Shown: positions 61,244 to 64,000 of the stretch, one piece after another
How the letters are laid out: the number at the start of each line of letters is the position of its first letter
How positions within the stretch are numbered: position 1 is the stretch's first letter
DNA from: Chlorokybus atmophyticus
Taxonomy: Eukaryota > Plantae > Mesostigma and Chlorokybus algae
Assembly (NCBI GenBank): GCA_009103225.1
Contig: RHPI01002990.1
Coordinates: forward strand, 374,223-438,222
DNA: 64,000 nt
Direction of reading: 5' to 3'
The notes under the pieces: generated by a model
What the model was told of the DNA's origin: nothing
What the model saw: only the letters and a program-made list of their open reading frames with translations
The model's database searches: none
Position numbers and translations under genes: made by a program

Positions 61244-63857
61244 CTCAAAGATAATGCTGCAGTACGTGAGGTCCCTTGCTACAAGGGCGGCCCAGATTGC
61301 CAAGAGACATGGGCTGCTAGCATCCGACAGCGTTCCCGACACCCGCGAAGACAGCAATACCAAAGTTCAGCGGTCAGCAACATTGATGCAACTGCTGCAT
61401 ATGCAGCGCGCAGACGAGGCGGTCCGCCGTCGCGCGGGACGTCATCTCCGAATCAGTCACCCGCCGACAAGGGTGGGACTTCGACACGGCCCCTAAGGGG
61501 ATCGCAGGTAGGTGCACGTGCATGCACGTCTCTGTTCTGCTTGAAACTGATGTGATACTCATAGACGGCGTCTTGGCCGCAGCTCTGCGTGCGGCCCAAG
61601 ACGAGTACAAACAGAAGTGCAGGAAAGAACCCCGACAGCAAGCCTGCACGACGAGGTCGTGCCCGTGGCGCGCATTCGCGAGGTCCGTACTGTCCAAGTC
61701 CAGGAGCTGGAGCAGCAACGGCGCACCCTCCTCAACGATTATGCGGCGCGCGCAAGGACAAACACGGGCATGTCGGGGAGCCGGCATGCGACAATGCCGC
61801 CTGAGGTGAAACGCGAGGTCGACCGCATCTCTGCACAGCTCAGAGCACTCCTCGACAAGGGCGGGCTCCAAGCCATGCATGCCGAGCTGGATGGCATGCA
61901 AGTCAACCCCTCGTCAACCCGTCTGGAGGGAGAGCGTGACACAATGCACCCCGACTTGAACAGAGTCCTCGACGCTCTGCGCAGGCGTGGCAGCGCGGCG
62001 GGCCACACCACGTTGACCGCGTTCATTGCTGCAGGTCCGGAGTCATGGTACAAAGACCCCGACCTTTGCACGCCGTGCGCACTCCTTCCAGAGTGCCTCC
62101 GACGAGCTCCTCAGCCAGCACTCCAGCATCCTCTACTGCCCGCTCTACTCGCGCCGAAGGCAGATCCATCACCGCTCGAGTGGCGTGGCACCCGCTAGTA
62201 CGAGACGAGGCGTCTCAGCAACCAGAGGGTGTCTCAGCGGAAGCGGCGTATGAGGAGGCCCAAGCAGCATCAGTTGCGCAGCGCGCAGCAGCCTTGCAGG
62301 AGTTGAAGGACTTCGTTGACGATGCCGTGCAAGCGCGGTGGGGCGCCGAATGTTGGGACAAGGCTTACGCTGCCTACAACTATGGCTGGACCGGGCCAAA
62401 GTGTCTTGACCTACCGGTCCTGACAAACATTACTCAGGTGTGTTCGTATGTTTATGTTGATTATTCAAGTGTGTTCTCGTGTGTTCGTGTGCATGTTTCA
62501 AGCTCCCTCATCTGTCTAATTCAGTCTGCCCCTGCTGCCTCGTGCGTGCGTGCGTGCGTGCGTGCCTGCGTGTGCACGAGGCAGCTGCGTGGTCTGCGTT
62601 CGTGTTGGTTTGTGTGTTTGCTTGTGTTGAATGCTTCAAAATCTCACATCTACGTGCACAGGCTGCTCTAGACAATGTGGGTGTCTCCACAACTGCCGAA
62701 CTCGACGACTTCACCACCCGACACATCACCGCCAGCAGGCGGAACACGAAGGCCAAGTGGGAGGGGCGGGTCCAATCCGGCCACCCAGCCCACAGCAGTA
62801 TGCAGGAGTTCTTTGGCAGCTGCACCAACAAGCTTCCCTTGTTGGTGCAGATCTTCCTGCACCGGCTTCGCTTCGGGCTCTTGCCCGACACCGATCTGCA
62901 ACAACTTGAGGACATGTGGGGGCTCAACCCTCGCATCATCATCGGCGCGGCGTGGGACGATTACGCCGAGCGCGCATCGCAGCTGTAAGTACTAGTAGTA
63001 GATGTTGATTGCTGCAAAATCAGTCAGCTCGCACACCCACAAGTGCAAGCGCAAGCGCACGCACGCGCACACGCATGCAGAGATGTACTTTGCACAGTGC
63101 CACATGTGTGCTGCACTGAAACAGGAAGGAGCGCTTGGAGCAGGCCGCTGCTCCATTGAGTCGGCTGAAGAAGGGTGTACAGGATGCCAAGAACCGCAGC
63201 GCACGCGCTCTCGCCATCCAGAAGACTGCTGGCGCATCCCCCAGCTCTTCATCACCCGCCCTTCAGCATCGCGCAGTGCATGGCGTCAGCACACTGCAGC
63301 AGCTTGACAACCAGCTGCACGATACTGGACGCAGCGGGCTCATGCAGCTCGCGGTGGTGGCTGCATTGTCATTGTCGCGGAGAAGGACCGCGCCAACTGT
63401 TGTCAGCGTCAAGGACATGATCCGCAGGCCGACCTTCGAGGCAATCAAGGCACTGGAGCTTGGCAACGTCGGTGAGCTAGAGGTCGCGGAGGCAGCAGTG
63501 GCGCTGTGGGCGCGCAATGCTATTCACATTGTCGGCGTCACAACCTTGGAAGAGGCAGGAGCTTGGGCCGCTGCACGAGGTGCCAAGTCCAAGGCGTTTT
63601 CCGCTGCGGAGGGGTTGGTTGAAGCATACAAGACAGGCAAGCTCGCAGAGTTCTACAGGGCCCATTCTCCTCGTGAGGCTGCAGCCGACAGCGATCAGCA
63701 ACAGACCCCTTGCGAGCCGGACGACAGCGACGAGGAGGTCCTCCACGTGAGCGCACGGCATGAAGACACCGTCCTTCAAGAGCTGGTGCGTGATCAGTAC
63801 GACTATTTGATAACAAGCACTAATACATTGCTTGCAAGAGTAACAAGTGTTTGTTAA
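61244..63857 (+). pseudogene. 3' part of the unknown multi-exon gene; best-preserved family copy
   Basis: Exons cag|61244-61507|gtagg, ~61565-62438|gtgtg, cag|62662-62986|gtaag, cag|63125-63857. Long open stretches (e.g. 240 aa at 63135) but apparent frameshifts in the first two exons. Homologous to 4756-7760. Confidence 0.6.
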
Positions 63858-64000
63858 CAAACAGTTGTTACTCATTAACACGTTGCAGTGTGTTAGTGAG
63901 TAACAATTGTAACGTGATTGTGATAGTTATGTCAATCTGTGATGTTAATGATAGGAGGACAGTGACGACGATGAAGGGGTTGGCGCTGTGGACCAGCACG

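Noticed and set aside
1-64000. Protelomerase, HUH endonuclease or giant-virus genes that would explain the hairpin cores
   Set aside because: No R-K-H-R-H/Y recombinase, HUH/Rep or NCLDV hallmark motifs are recognisable in any ORF. The unknown gene family cannot be excluded without profile searches.

Overview
Eukaryotic, repeat-dense window, most likely from a chlorophyte green alga (inferred from a plant-type DHDPS with transit peptide, short GT-AG introns and a chromoviral LTR element). There is one clear housekeeping gene (DHDPS, 662-2286, 3 exons) and one tRNA-Arg(TCG) gene (52318-52391, minus); almost everything else is mobile or rearranged DNA. (1) A decayed Ty3/gypsy chromovirus has LTRs at 10938-11272 and 27846-28188 sharing a 5-bp TSD (GACGC). 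Its interior holds two multi-kb near-perfect palindromes (centres 14037/14038 and 22306/22307) that fold back on the same 80-bp branched hairpin core and both end at a single N (16500). This is either real resolution of a hairpin site into covalently closed ends or an assembly fold-back artefact. (2) An apparently intact 12.2-kb CACTA/EnSpm transposon (34696-46876, 16-bp TIRs, CAT TSD) carries three intron-containing genes: the transposase, a Zn-finger/coiled-coil gene and a SAM-domain gene. (3) Two related TRIMs with 79-bp LTRs (12334-12770, 48932-49391) carry tRNA-type Pol III A/B boxes. (4) A large multi-exon gene family of unknown function is present as many decaying copies; one copy is rearranged into a ~3.6-kb-arm inverted duplication with an intron-containing spacer. 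Small fold-back or template-switch hairpins recur throughout. All alignments were done by eye; no database searches were run.
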